From Bigelowiella natans CCMP2755 (Eukaryota > Protista > Cercozoa), in NCBI GenBank assembly GCA_000320545.1, contig ADNK01000501.1:124001-188000 (forward strand): a DNA stretch of 64,000 nt, read 5' to 3'. Shown piece after piece: positions 26,183-40,124 of the stretch; position 1 is the stretch's first letter, and the number at the start of each line of letters is the position of its first letter. The notes under the pieces were generated by a model. It saw only the letters and a program-made list of their open reading frames with translations. It made no database searches and had not been told where the DNA came from. Made by a program: the position numbers and the translations under genes.

Positions 26183-28007
26183 CTAATCAGTCTTACCGGA
26201 GCCGAAGCAGATGCGTTTGTTCTCTTTCGAACGTTCCTCCGCTTCTCGTGCCAGGCGCATGAATAGATCTCTGCCTTTCTTTATATTTTCACGCTCATCA
26301 TCCAAATACTCTGTAATTCTCGTTTCTGCACGTTTTTTCAGCAACTCAGCGAGGCTGTCATAGTACAGAGAAAGGATTGGCCAATACTTGCCGGGAAGAA
26401 TCTTCTCCCAGCAACTAATAGCAGCCTGGACAAACATAGCGGACTGGCTGAAGTCCTCAGCCTTCTCGCAAGCTTCGGCGAGCATGGGATACAGCACATA
26501 AAGCATTCTATGACTGGGATGCATACCCCAAGTTTTAGTTGTTTGCAGGATTTTTTTCGCATGCTCCCGGTTCGCCTCTGGCGTTGATGATTTCACACCC
26601 TGCATCCTGTGAATGAAGTCTTTGATTTTCTCAGCAAGAACGCCATTGACCCATTTGGAGACCCGGCCCTTCTCCAAGACCACATCGTGTCCTTGAGTGC
26701 ATTTATGCCCCACCCGGACATTGTTCGCATCTGTCGTGGAGTTGAGATGCTCTGGTTTCCATCGCAAGGCTTCATCGGGAGAAGACGTCTCAAGGGGAAG
26801 GTTAAAGAGTCCCTGACAACCACGCTCGGGACAACAAAAGGCAGAAAGGTATTCTGTTCCCGTTTCTGCTTCAACCTTGCATCTCGTGCATGTGCATGCA
26901 ATTCCCCTGGTCACATTAAGCAGCTTCTGCCTCGTTTTGGAACTTTGATACAGGTCGGGCAACAAGGAAATTGTCAGCTCCTCTCCCTCAGAGACGTCCT
27001 TCACCACACGAATCTCGCACTTGCCGCTTCCAATTTTCAACACGCAATTTGGAGAGCAACTATGAGCGAATCTGGCAAGTCGAGGGAATACGCTGTAGTA
27101 TACTCCATTGTGCCCTGTGTGACAGAAATACTTGAATACTGCCACCAATCTCTCACATTCGTCTACACAGGATTCAATCCATCTCATGTCTCTGTCTGAA
27201 GGGGGAGTCAACAGTCCGTTGATCAAGTTTCGCTTGAAAATATCTGCTGCCGAGTGGATATCGTTGCGAAACGTGATGCTAAATTTAATCTTTTCGTTTG
27301 GAATAGGTATTCCGAGTGTGGCGCTCCGATTTGTATTGTTGTCTTGTGAAATTTGCCCCATGAGGCATAGAAGAGGGAATAAAAGATCTCGACTGACTTT
27401 AAGGGTGCGTGATATTCTCTGCAGGTCTGTAGCAAGGGTACAAATCCTCTTATGTCCCCGAATATAGTCTTGGTTCTTGCAGAGCTAATTTATTAACCAT
27501 AGAAGTGAAAACACACCGTAAGACGACGTTCAGCCAATGATTGTACTTGCAGTTAGATTATCTAATATACCGACGAGCAGTATGCTACTTGACCACATCT
27601 GCATTTAACAAACGGTTGGTTTGGCCGTGCAACTCGAAGACAATTCTGGCACAGGAGGGGCACGAACTGTTCCCGCGCATAGCTGAATGCCCTGTGGAGA
27701 GTCGAAACACGACGAGACATTCAAATTTTAGGAGCGCCACCATTGTTGATGGTTTGAATCATGGCAATTTTTCAATGCGTTTCTTACGCCGATTCCTGGT
27801 GTATGAGGGTCCCAGGGATGATCCGTCGTTTTGCGAAGACTTGAAATCCCTCAGGCCTGGTTCAAGAGTTAAACAGAAACTATTAGCTGCCTGATGACAG
27901 AACATTCGAAACTTTACTTGCCTGTAAAACTCCGAGGATATTACAGAGGACTTTCTTGTGCCCTCGTTCGGATTTTTAGGTACTGGCTCGAATATGGATA
28001 CGGCCAT
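26183..28007 (-). CDS. SET and MYND domain protein (SMYD family)
   Basis: N-SET GFQVFAKRRIIPGTLIHQE, MYND CQNC...CRCGQVAYCSS|LCKNQDYIRGHKRIC, C-SET RFAHSCSPNC...GEELTISL, post-SET CTCTRC and a TPR-like C-terminus. Confidence 0.88.
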
Positions 28008-28598
28008 GAAAAGCCTTCACGTAGCGTGCAGTTCCGACACAGTAACCAAAACAAAACATTTCAAACATGAAAACAATACTACTATAAATGCTTTACCCAA
28101 GTACTGGCAGACATAGGTGCAGGTTGTGACGGCAGGAATGCTTTCTAACCCCCCTTATTTCCATATCTGAGAAGATCAGTTTGGAGCTTCAACAGCACAC
28201 CACCGTTCAAAGTCTGTTCGCCATTTGAAAAAGGCATAGATTCAGAACAACGAAGAATCAAGCAGCAGCGCGGCAAATACAGGCGAGCGGTATTCGCGCA
28301 CCTGTCAACATCCCTTCCTCCGATCCGAGCACTGATCGCAATGGCGCTCTTGCCTCCTCGTCGCCGTCGTCGTCTTCGTTAGTTCCTTCCGTCCGTTGAG
28401 ATGATCTCGGGCAAATGTTGAGGAAAATCCCTGAATCGCATGTGAATCGTCAAGTGCGACAAGGATATCTTCATGTCGCATATCGACGATTGCGATCTCA
28501 AAAAGATATCTCAGTCGTCGACTTACCAGCTGCCCCCTCGTCCTCGTCAACTTGGTGTACAAGCTGTAGCAGCAGCAGCAGCAGCAGCGAATACCATC

Positions 28599-30769
28599 AT
28601 GGTCTTTGACAACCTCCATTGTGTGCGAAGTATCCTCCTGCTCTTTCTCGTGGCAGGTACGTTCATTCGGTTATGATGGGTGAAAATGCTGAGAGTGTGA
28701 CGTTCTGTGATCAGCTATTTACCCCTGCCATGGATGGAGCATGTTCTCGTCAGCTCAAGACGTTGTTGCAGATTCACATCAAGATACAGAGAAACAACCT
28801 ACTACCATTTCGCTAACCTGCTCCGATGACACTTGCCCCTGGTTCGTGATGATGAATTTTGTCGGTGATAGATAGACTTATTATGGGTTAATTCCTCGTT
28901 CGTATGCGTGCTTTCACGTTGCTCGAAGGTCGGCCGAAGATGACCCTGCAAAGCTCAAAGATCATCTTAATCAGATGCAGGTATCTTGATGACCTAATCA
29001 TATAGCTTCTATTAGGGTTTGATATAATATACATCTTTATACCATCAGTCGCAGCTGAAGAACTTATCCCAGAAACTTCACCCCAACGGTAGTATCATTA
29101 ATTATCCTTCCTCCTCAGTCCTTAGACAGCTTCTATGATTGTGTTTTATACTTCGGTCTTATAAATGCGAAGGTGTTAGCATGGACAGTCCTGACTACAT
29201 GTCGGAGGAGGTCAGTTTCTCACAATCATGGTGTTTCATTGTTTTGCATGTACATCTATCTTCTCTGCTTGGCAATCTTAAAAGCTGAGAAAGAATGATC
29301 CTCTGCCTGATCATTTCGTAGGAGCGATACGCGGAGATTCGAGAGAAAGAGCTTCAAGAAGGATTGAATCTGCTATCTAAAGAGTTAAACTTGCACTCAC
29401 ACTCAATTCGAAAAAACAGCTTTCCTACGAATTTTTACCGATTTTACATGTCCCAGTCTGCATTTGATGAGCATAAATCCCTACTCCTCTCCAACCAAAC
29501 CTCCCTTATCATCATCATTAGAGACATTGGTGTGGATGCTCTTGAGCTGATGAAGATGTTTTACACGATGTTCCACAAGAAAGGTAATATTATTCAGAGC
29601 TCGTTCGATATGCATAAGAGACGACTCATTCTCCATCTTATCATTCATCGATTACATCCACCATCATATCAACGGGTGTTTCGATTAGAAATATTAATAT
29701 GTGTTCTCTTCCAGAAAAGCAAAAACCTATCTTCCTCGTCACCTTTGGCCCTCCGGGTAGCGAATGCGCTTTTTCTATAAAACTGTATTATGAACGATTT
29801 CGAAACAAAGGCTGTGACTTCATTCTGGAAGCTTTGCAGAACAACAGCAATCGTCGTATCAACTGTTTTAATTCGTTTCCTAAAATATTTATTTCCCGAG
29901 AACCCAACACATTCTAAGGCTTCAATAATCTAAAAAGAGGAATTAAGTGATTGATTATCTACTTTATCTCCTTGTCGTAGGATCTGGAAAGTCTTGGATT
30001 TTGGAAATGGTATTGAGTGTGTTCTTGTTAGTATTGGGAGGAGGAGGAGGAGGAGGAGAAAGAAGAGAGATAACTATTATTAGACGTCTAGAGAAATGTG
30101 GACACGCAATCACGAGAAATCACAAAGATACTTCCAAACTCCGATTTATGTCAAACAAGAAATTTCTATCCATTGAAAAACTACTAATCGTGATGAACAG
30201 CTGCGCAAAGAACTACTCTGCACCTAATGAGTAGCGATTGTGTTGTTTTGGAGAACAAAATTGAGCGTTGTTAAATTGAGTATTGTTAAATTGAGAATTA
30301 TTGTAATCGCGACGACTACAGGTTGCGAGGCACTACAACTACGATCTGGAAGCTAACTTTATTCGAGTTCTGCAAGTATGCTATTGACGTTGCACAGCAG
30401 CGCGAGTTATTATCAATGCGACACGTTACTTTACTACCCGTCAATGCCCATAATACAGCAGAATAGAACGAGATAAATTACGCAATACTGTGTCGCTTTT
30501 CTTATTCAGGGTATTATTGGTTAAGATATTGCACTTGTTTGTACTTTATTAGGACGATATGATGAAGAGTATGTCGGCCTACAACAAAGCTATGGAGGAG
30601 TTGGGCGATCGGCGATCATCCTTCATCGATGAAAAAGGAGAAGTAAAAGAAAAACTATCTCCCTAACACTGAAGAGACGACGGCGCCAAAAATAAACACT
30701 TGAAACATTGATGATGATGACGATGATGCTAAGCACAAGATATTTCGTGGCCATTCGATCATTTCAATT

Positions 30770-30807
<38 letters not shown>

Positions 30808-32159
30808 TTATACATACTTATATACACTCATACCCGTCAATAACAACTTCTAGCTGAAGGCAGCCTTCTACGGAGAAGCCAACAACATCTATTGGAAATA
30901 CAGGTATTTGGCAGAAACGCCATCATGCGCTGTTGCATCCTTCGTGCATGCGGGAGAAGAGATCTTTGCTTTTGTTCAAAACCTCAACCGTTTTGTTACC
31001 TGTTTCTTCATCTTTCGATAACAACTCAATCCCAGGAACATGGTGATTCAGATGAAGAAAATGCTGTTAGATATTGCTTACAAGCAGGTTGGAAGTCCGG
31101 CATCATATAATCAATATCGATGTTTTCAACTATTATCACTCAAAGACGGCCTCCTTGCTAATTTCCCCACGTCTTTCTTTCCGACGATTTGTGTCAAAAT
31201 GACGACATCCTGTAGGAGCTCAACATTGTGTACGAAACCACCGGGTCTAAGCGTGCAGACAATCCGAAACAAACGCTATTCAATATCATGAATGAGGCCA
31301 GGGCGCGTAGGTTTGATGGATATCACACTGATGAGTCCTGCTATGATCCGATGCACTCACACACATACACACACCACAAAACAAATCACTTCAATTCTTG
31401 TATTGGTCTTATTTTAAATACAGTTGCTGCACCCACTAACCTCAGATACAAAATTGTGATCATATACCCCTACGTGAAGAACGAAACACTGGTCGATAGG
31501 TATTATTGAGAGGGGAGAGACGCGCGTTGTAGGCCCTGTTTCTGGTTGAAATATCCATGGTGAATAATAAGGCGGGAACAAGATGCGATTTCATTTCTTT
31601 TATGTCAGACTGAATGAGCGCAACAAGAAACAGAACCGTGTGCTCAAGCCCTCCGCCCTTGGGAATTTTGTGGGGAAAGCACAGAGCAACTTCCTGCACT
31701 ATTTAGAGTATGCCGACGCTGGTTACTTGTACGACAACAACATTGACAAATCCGACTTCGATGAGAAATCAAAGTAATCGCTAAATCTACAGCCACTGCC
31801 TTTATTAAGTCATCTCTCATCATTGTTGTTGTTGTTGAGCATTGTGTGTTTACGAAGGGCTCACGAACGATATTAATGCACTTTCTCAGGGATCTTCCGT
31901 GGTTGATGAAATATCATAGAAACGGAGAAAGACGCGACTATAAATGCCACCCTAACATTTGTAAATATGGAGTATGGCAGCGACTAATCGATGGACGAAG
32001 TCAGATTACGGTTTGCTCTGCACCAGATATCTTAGTTAAACACGTCAACTCATTGAGGAGCTATTGCACTCATTTGTTAGCTGCAAACCTCAAACACTTG
32101 CTCTTTTACCCCTTGATATGATGTTTATTCAGGTGTGTGAAGAAACGTGTGCGACTTAA
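28599..32159 (+). CDS. Zeta-toxin-like (PezT-type) P-loop kinase with a predicted signal peptide
   Basis: MVFDNLHCVRSILLLFLVA|AIYPCHG (signal peptide). KPIFLVTFGPPG|SGKS (Walker A across an intron), NIVYETTG, YKIVIIYPYV...LVDR|LNERNKKQNR and YLYDN, in the motif order of the zeta-toxin family. Cys-rich tail CHPNICKYG|VCEETCAT*. Confidence 0.75.
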
Positions 32160-32866
32160 GCATTACACCCAAAGGCGATCATAGCTCGTATTAAATTTAC
32201 TCGTGCACGCTATAGAGGCATAAATTGTACATGCTCACTGGCTTTGCATAGGACTTAATGTCTGATGTGTGCAATGACAGCTCACATATGCATGTACATA
32301 TCTAGATATGTCACAAGCTTTGCAACTTAATATTTGTACATCAAGTAAAATCAGACAGCAATAATATTTAGCAGCAGCACTATGACTTGCATGGCAACAG
32401 CGTTGTGCATGAGTTTGCAGAAATAAAATATCTGAGTGTGAATCACATTTACCTGCAAGCTTTTATCGCTTTATCGCAGCAGCAGCAATTGGATGGGAAG
32501 CGCGATTCCACGGTAGTAGGCGCTCCTTAACGCTAAATCACGGGCTTGCATGCATTATCATCCTTCAGGCTACTACATCGAGAAATGATTAGCTGCGTAT
32601 TGTCTCATTGATAGTCTCTGCACGCTTGCAGCGCATCGATCATCAGACACACACTAGCACGCTAGCACGCTAGCACGGGTTGCAAATGCTTTATCAGGCA
32701 GTCATCACGACAACAACAACAAGCTAGCAAGGCTAAACAAGGATTCATAGTGAATTGACAAACTTGTATGACAACAGTACAGTGTGTAGTGTCATATAGA
32801 TCTAGCAAGCTAGAGATGAGGTGTATTAGTGCTTCATCAAACAGTTAACTCTATCAGTTTTTGCCA

Positions 32867-33361
32867 TCACTGCAAATCAAATCCTGCTCGAGCCTCGATC
32901 GCCATAACTAGTTTCTCTGTGAGAGCCTGAAAGTTGGTAGACGAAATGCGGAAGAAGTAAGCATTGCATAATAGCTGAAATGGCTGATGTTCCCGGGTGT
33001 TGTGGAAACCTAATCTCAAACACCCTCCATAAACCCAAGCAAACCTAGCGGCGGGAAAGCGTGTTTGAATGCAGACGGTTTGATGTGTCAGTCGCAACGC
33101 AGCAAATCATCGTGCACCTTTTGAGAGCGATACAATGGAAGTTTCAACATGTTGAAACATGTCGCAGACGTCGGAAGCTGGCCCTAACCGAGGATAATGA
33201 TGATGATTTTCCAGCAAGAGAGTTTACAATAGCATGATGACACAAGATCATGCATAGACGTCGTCACAACACAACCAGACACTTCCTACTACCGCTTGGG
33301 GATTTCTTCCAAACATTCTCGAGAATAAACTCTTCGACTTTGAGTCTTGCACAACCAAAAC

Positions 33362-33399
<38 letters not shown>

Positions 33400-34293
33400 C
33401 ATTAGTTCTTTGAATTAGCAGCAGATAACTCTGCGACGCCACATATTCGGAAAGAGAGGATATCTTCCTCTACACAATAATCCTTATTAGTAGTACTAGA
33501 GGAAAGATGCTGTAGCTGCTGCTACTGCTTCTTCTCTTCGAGAATTACTTTGGAAAATGTTTCAGGCATTCAAGTTCAGAAGCGGGGGGGGGCGGGAACT
33601 AGGACACCGTGAGCTGCTGCAGCAGCCGTACCTTGTCTTGAAGGCTCTTGCAGAGGAACGAATCGTATCGTGAAAGGCGGTGAAAGATACTTGAAACCCA
33701 TTAGAGGAGGGTGAGAGCACGCGGTGACAAACCTGATCATGCATGGATGGATAATTGAGCATTACAGAAAATAGTTGTTATTAAGATTACTATCAAATTG
33801 CCATACCACGACTTGTAAATACGAAGGACCCACTGCACGCACACACGTACACACGCACACACACACAAACGCAAATTGGGTAAACAACACATTCGAATGA
33901 TGCTTTCTTACTTGAGTAACAGCCGTTTTTGATGAGGGCTGAAATTTTTGACCGAGGACCTTAAAAAGTCGCAATTTGAGGCAGCAGCATAGACGTACAT
34001 TTGATGTGAATAATCCATTGACGACGGAGTAAGCAAGAGTCATATTAGTATCTAAAAAGAGATTTTTCTCTCTTTCCCTCTATCCCCCTCCCTCTTTGTC
34101 CACCTCCCCGTGTACATGCATGTAATGCATCATCATCTTCCCCCCTTCTTCTTTTCTTCCTTTTGATGTTATTGTGGCTGTTGTTGTTGTTGTTGTTCTT
34201 CTTCTTCTCTGTGTGCTGCCTCACCAGAACCACGAAAGGACGCTTGGTGACGGGAACGAGCCTCGGGGATCCACCTATTATCAATCAGCAACG

Positions 34294-34332
<39 letters not shown>

Positions 34333-34343
34333 TATATAAAAAT

Positions 34344-34398
<55 letters not shown>

Positions 34399-35403
34399 AA
34401 GCTAAATATCTCAAGTTGGAACAACAACTTTTAAGTTATATATATGATATATGTAACATTCATACATCTGCTACTTGCTGCTGCTGCTACTGCTACCTGC
34501 GAGTGTCGTCTCAGATCATCCACGTCGATATCTTCATCCTCAGACCCAGAAAGCAAAATCTTGAGTTCCTAAGGGAGTGATAGTAATGATGATGATGATG
34601 ATGATGATGATGATTGTGTTTCAACAAGCAATGATGATGAGGTGGAAGAATCATATATCGTCGTCGCGACAACAACCACCGACATAATGGGTAAAGAGCC
34701 TTAGCCAGTCTTTGCTGATAACGGAGAATAGACCTCGAGAGAATGCTGCAGTCTATTGTTATTCGTTATTATCAAATATGAATAGAACGCTCACGCGTGG
34801 TGGTTGGGGGTAATCAACATGGATGATAATATATTCTTCTTCTTCCTCCTCTCACTCCTCCTCCTCCTCCTCTTGCTGCTGCTGCAGCCTCAAATGCAAC
34901 GTTTAAGGTGTAGTCATAGCCAAACTATTTCCATCCATCGTCCTCATCATAAGGTCTCCTCATATCTCTCTTCTCCTACAGCATACATGCATCAGCTGAA
35001 CCTGAGAGTAAATCTTCTTCGATAGATGGTAGTCGGCCATTGCAGTTATATACTGGACGCGGTTGGCCCTCGTAACCTACATTTCACGACAACAACAGCA
35101 ACAGTAGCAGTAGATCGGAGCAAACAATTATGGTTTAGAATATATACTTTTCAACATCATCATCATCGTCATCATCGTCGTTGTCGTCGTCATCATTCAT
35201 CTCAGTAATCATCGTCGTGGGCAAAACATTGCTACCCTTCCTAATAGAAAGCAGTAGTATCATGTACGTAGCTTATTCATTTCTCCTATCACAGGGAGGA
35301 AAAGCTTTTACCAAAGATAGATCTATTTCACTACACACGAGAGCGTCGTTTCAATGAACATCGCACCAAATCACCATCGCGATAAATGAATAAATAGCAC
35401 ACA

Positions 35404-35448
<45 letters not shown>

Positions 35449-35789
35449 CTTCCTACTCTACATGTGATTATCCCCCCCCCCCCCCCCCCCCCCTCTTTTC
35501 TCACTTACCCTCGTAATTCTTCACAAATAGCAGGTTTCTGTACAGTTGCCCGTCGAGAGACTACGATGTAGCACCACCAATCGCAATAATATCATCATCA
35601 GCAATATGTCAGGGGACATCGAAGCGAAGCAAATTTAAGTCATGGCACGTGAGGAGGTTGACTTCTTTTCGATTCCGTTTTCATCCCCCCCCCGCCCTTC
35701 TAGCATGGTACATGAGCATGCAAGAAGGACTAGGGGGTAACCACATCAATTTCCTTTCTTTTCCCAGCGATAGTAGCAGTAGTAGTAGC

Positions 35790-35821
<32 letters not shown>

Positions 35822-37542
35822 CATGATTGATGAACCTTAAGGTCATCGAAGTGGGGGGATCTACTTAACAGTAGGTTGAGGAAGAAGGAGGCAAATCTAA
35901 CGTCAATTAAATGACCCTCCATTAGCGCCTGAGAACAGAAGAAGAATGACGATGATAGCAACTACAACGAATCAACGATGAGTGCCATGTATGGCTTCAT
36001 TAGTAGTAGTGTCGCGTCAGCAGCTACACCATCAATAAGCATAAGCGCGCATGAAAAAGCACTATTGGTTGATTCCCACCTTTCCCAGTACTTTCCCTAC
36101 GAATTCAAACTGCTCGTGCCAGCTGTCCAGCAGCACAGACGCATCATTTGGATAGTACGTCCTACAAATAGAAAGGATGATGATGATGACGATGATGACG
36201 ATGATGACGATGATGATGGTGGTGATTATTGTTATTATTATAATTACGACTGTGGTCATGTATGCAAGCGATACAACACACAGCTGCAAGCTATATGCAG
36301 TAATAGTGGCTGCATCAGCAGGATGATTACCTGAGCTCCGTGCTTTTGAACAATCCATAATCTTCTCTAAACACCTAATATGATGATGATGTAGATGATG
36401 ATGATGATGATGACGATGTGGTGGTGGTGGTGAGGAGGCTAAAGACACATGAGTCGCTGCTTAGCCATTGCAGCAGTATACCTTGTTTCAAAAAAAGGTT
36501 TTGAACAAAAAGAGGAGGGGGATCATCGTTATCGTCATCGTCCATCGGTTAAAATGGAATAATAATGAAATCAATGCTGCTGTTATTGTCACTGTATGTT
36601 CGGGTACTCAAATCAGCATTTTCATGCATTTTAACGACGCTTATATGGAGAACACTATCTACCTACCTCCCGACAGAGACTTTCGAGAAATTCCTTGAAT
36701 GGCCCTCCCATATCGAGACCGGCTTCTACCTGCCCCCTGAAAGACAAACAGCATGCGTCGGTATGATAGATCGATGATGATGATGATGATGGTGATGACA
36801 TGTTGGTGCTGTTTTGATAAGCATTATTTGGATGGAGGAGAGGTTCAAACTGTTTTTGCTTCTAGGATCATTGATTGATTCTCCGACGTATGGGGAGGAG
36901 TAACAGTTAGCAAGTCCCCATTAGTGATAAATGGCATCACGAGAGGCGAAGAAGAAATTCAAAACTAGCAGCACTAACGCTCAGAGTAGTAGTAGTACGT
37001 AAGGACAGCACCTTTTGTCGATAAATCGTATGGCAATCCTTTGTTTCAGACCCGGTCCCATTGCCTTTATAGCTTCCCAGCCATCCTCAACCTTAATTAA
37101 GGGGGGGGGGGGGGGGGGGGGGGAGAGGGGAAAGCAACAATAGGCAATTATCCCATTACCCCTTACACGTACATTTGCAACTAAATGAGACGTTTCCTTT
37201 CCCTACTCTAAATGCGATGATGAAGAAGAAGAAGAAGCTGTTGTTTTTGACTCTCTTCCTCTTCCCCCTCCCCCCCCCCTCCCACTCCCCCAACTACCAG
37301 ATATGCGCGTCGTATGTTCACAGTAGGTATTCGTCTTTGCATAGAAGCAACTTCCTGCAAGCAGTGACGAGTCAGAACGTAACACCAGCACAGCAGAGAA
37401 ACCTCATATCAGAGAAGGAGAACAATATTTTCCCTTCAAGAATTATACATGCTGTCGGCTCAGAACACCCTTGACAATTCCACCACTGTCATCACTATAA
37501 GCACTTCCTGCTAATCTATCTTATAGCAATCAATATATATTT

Positions 37543-37588
<46 letters not shown>

Positions 37589-37620
37589 CTGATGTACAGT
37601 AAGACAGGTGTGAAATAATA

Positions 37621-37653
<33 letters not shown>

Positions 37654-38616
37654 TATAACAACGATAACACCACCTTCGCATCAGCTTCAAGGGCGTTCCG
37701 GAAGGCTGTTGCCCGTTGCTCAAACGTCAAGAGAAATGGCAGCTTGAAGACGGTTTCTGCCCAACAAAGAACTCTTTATCAGTGAACATGCAAATAATGC
37801 ATAAGGGGAGGAGGAAGAAGACGAGGAGGAGGAGGAGGAGGACACCACAGCCACTACAGCAGTAGCAAGAACCCTCGGGCACAATAGATCCATCGATTGT
37901 GTGCTTCTTACTCTACCTCTCAGCGCGTAGCTTTTCTCTCCTCTTAATTTTCCGCTTGCCCACCTTGAAGAGAATGAACGAAACAGGAAGAAATAGTGAA
38001 TTCGTAACTGGCTGTGAGGGAGCGTGCTCGGAGATGTATCTCGAGCGTTGCCATGAGAGAGAAGCACCAGCAACAAAGAAATTACACACAATCTGCTTAT
38101 ACTATGGCATGGCTAGGAGAAGGACAAGGACTCTTCTTACAAGTTCCATTGAGAGTAAAACTCATACTTGCACTTTGATTCGAGTTGCCATGCAGCCTAA
38201 CGACATCGTAGATGTTAAAAAATAACGACTCTCCCTTCGTCGTGATCTTTAAGCAACGTCATTAAGACAACACAACCTCTGAGCAAAACGCAATTCTGAC
38301 ATATCTTTGTCGCATCTGAAATGTGTATGCATAAACAATAATTGCTATCAATGGTGGCCATGAAAAGAGATGAAATAATATCGACATTCACGACGATAAA
38401 CTTCATCATCATCAGCGGCAGCGTTATAATCATCTTTTTCATCACCATCATGATGATGATGATAATATACCTGAGAAAGGAGTGCCATAGACACATTCGC
38501 GATCTCACGTTGAACCAAGCTGTATTGGTGAAATCTTGGTAAGTCGATTGCAGCTGGGCAGTTTGCTTTCTTTTTTTTGGCGAACCGCGTAAACTGTTTA
38601 CTGTGAGCTTCTTTCG

Positions 38617-38654
<38 letters not shown>

Positions 38655-40090
38655 TTGTACAACCTATTCCGATATTGGTCGGTGAAGTGGTAATAAAACA
38701 CCAAAGACTTGACGATTCGGACTACCCTTTCCAGGCTGTTTTTACATGACCACCACCACCACCACCACCACAGAAAGAAGAAGTTGATACTTGTTCAGCA
38801 TGCAAGAGCTATTACCTAACAGAGTCGCCATAGCTACTGCTGCTGCTACCACTACTTATGCAAAAAAAGTAGCTGATTGAAAGCGGTAACGTTTAAGTTC
38901 CTTATGCACAAAATATCGTGTGGCCATTGCAGGAACAAGGATAAATAAGGCCAGTATCATCAAGAGGAGGAGGAGGAGGAGGAGGAGGAGGAGGAGGAGT
39001 GAATGTATACAAAATATTATCATTGAATAATTAATGACCCCTCTCCTATCGGTACAGGGCAGTGCATATTCATAAATTCTTCCATTTCGAGACCCTAACA
39101 ACATCATACCAAGTTGTGTGTTGTCATGTGTTTTCGTTAGGAGGAAATCTCCTTTCAGCCTCTACTTCTCGTTACCACTGTTGGACTATCAATTTAAAAT
39201 CATCACTCTCTTCTACATTCTATGATTTTCATCCTGAAATACCGCGATTGCCGATGAGAAGCACCCAGCAAATATTATAAAAGCATCGTTTACTCCCCCT
39301 CCTCCTCCTTGAGAATGGTGGAAGTTGTCCTTGGTTTGAATAGTATCGACCCACTTTGTCACTTTAGTGTCACTCGGATCTGCACCCAACCGTTTAATCG
39401 CTCCTGCAATAGACTTTGAGAGGAACGAAAAAAAACCGCCCCCCCCCCCACCAGCCCTATGTCTCTTCCCTTGTTTCCCCTTGGCCTTTTTATGGTCTTG
39501 TTCCTCTTTCTCGTCTTCTTGCGAGATTTTCTGGTAGCCAGTCGCTGTTGACCTTCCTTTAATTCTCTTGCTGCCGTCACTATCGTTTCTATCGCCTCCC
39601 CGAGGTGTGTGATGCGAAGGAGGGGGGGACAGCGGGGTGATTGTAATCTCTAGGTACTGAAAGAATACTATCAGGAGCGGAGTGGTGTACGCTAAGGCAC
39701 CTAATCCATTAATTAATCATGATATTAACTGATGATGTTAAGTTGATAGCAGCGCTTGAAGAAGATACGGTGATTGATGATAGTTCCTTACTTTGAATGC
39801 CCCGGCGTCTACTGGGCCATTGTCGGCACAGCGTGGTCAGTAGATGTGCTATGGTTGGAATGAACGTAGGGTTTGCCTTATGGAACTTGGCTATGTAGCT
39901 ATACGTTCGAGCGCAGCCTTCAAGGATCTGCCCAATATTGAATATATCAGATACATTATGTAGAAGCACTGCAAGTGCTGGGGTTTCCTACGTCTGTGCC
40001 TTGAAAGTTGGCACGAATAGAACTTCATGTACATATATGAATGTGCACACACATGCATAAATTTGTATGTAAATAATTATGAGTACGAAC

Positions 40091-40124
<34 letters not shown>

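Noticed and set aside
26609-27199. 196-aa plus-strand ORF
   Set aside because: Antisense shadow of the SMYD exon, with no recognisable motifs.
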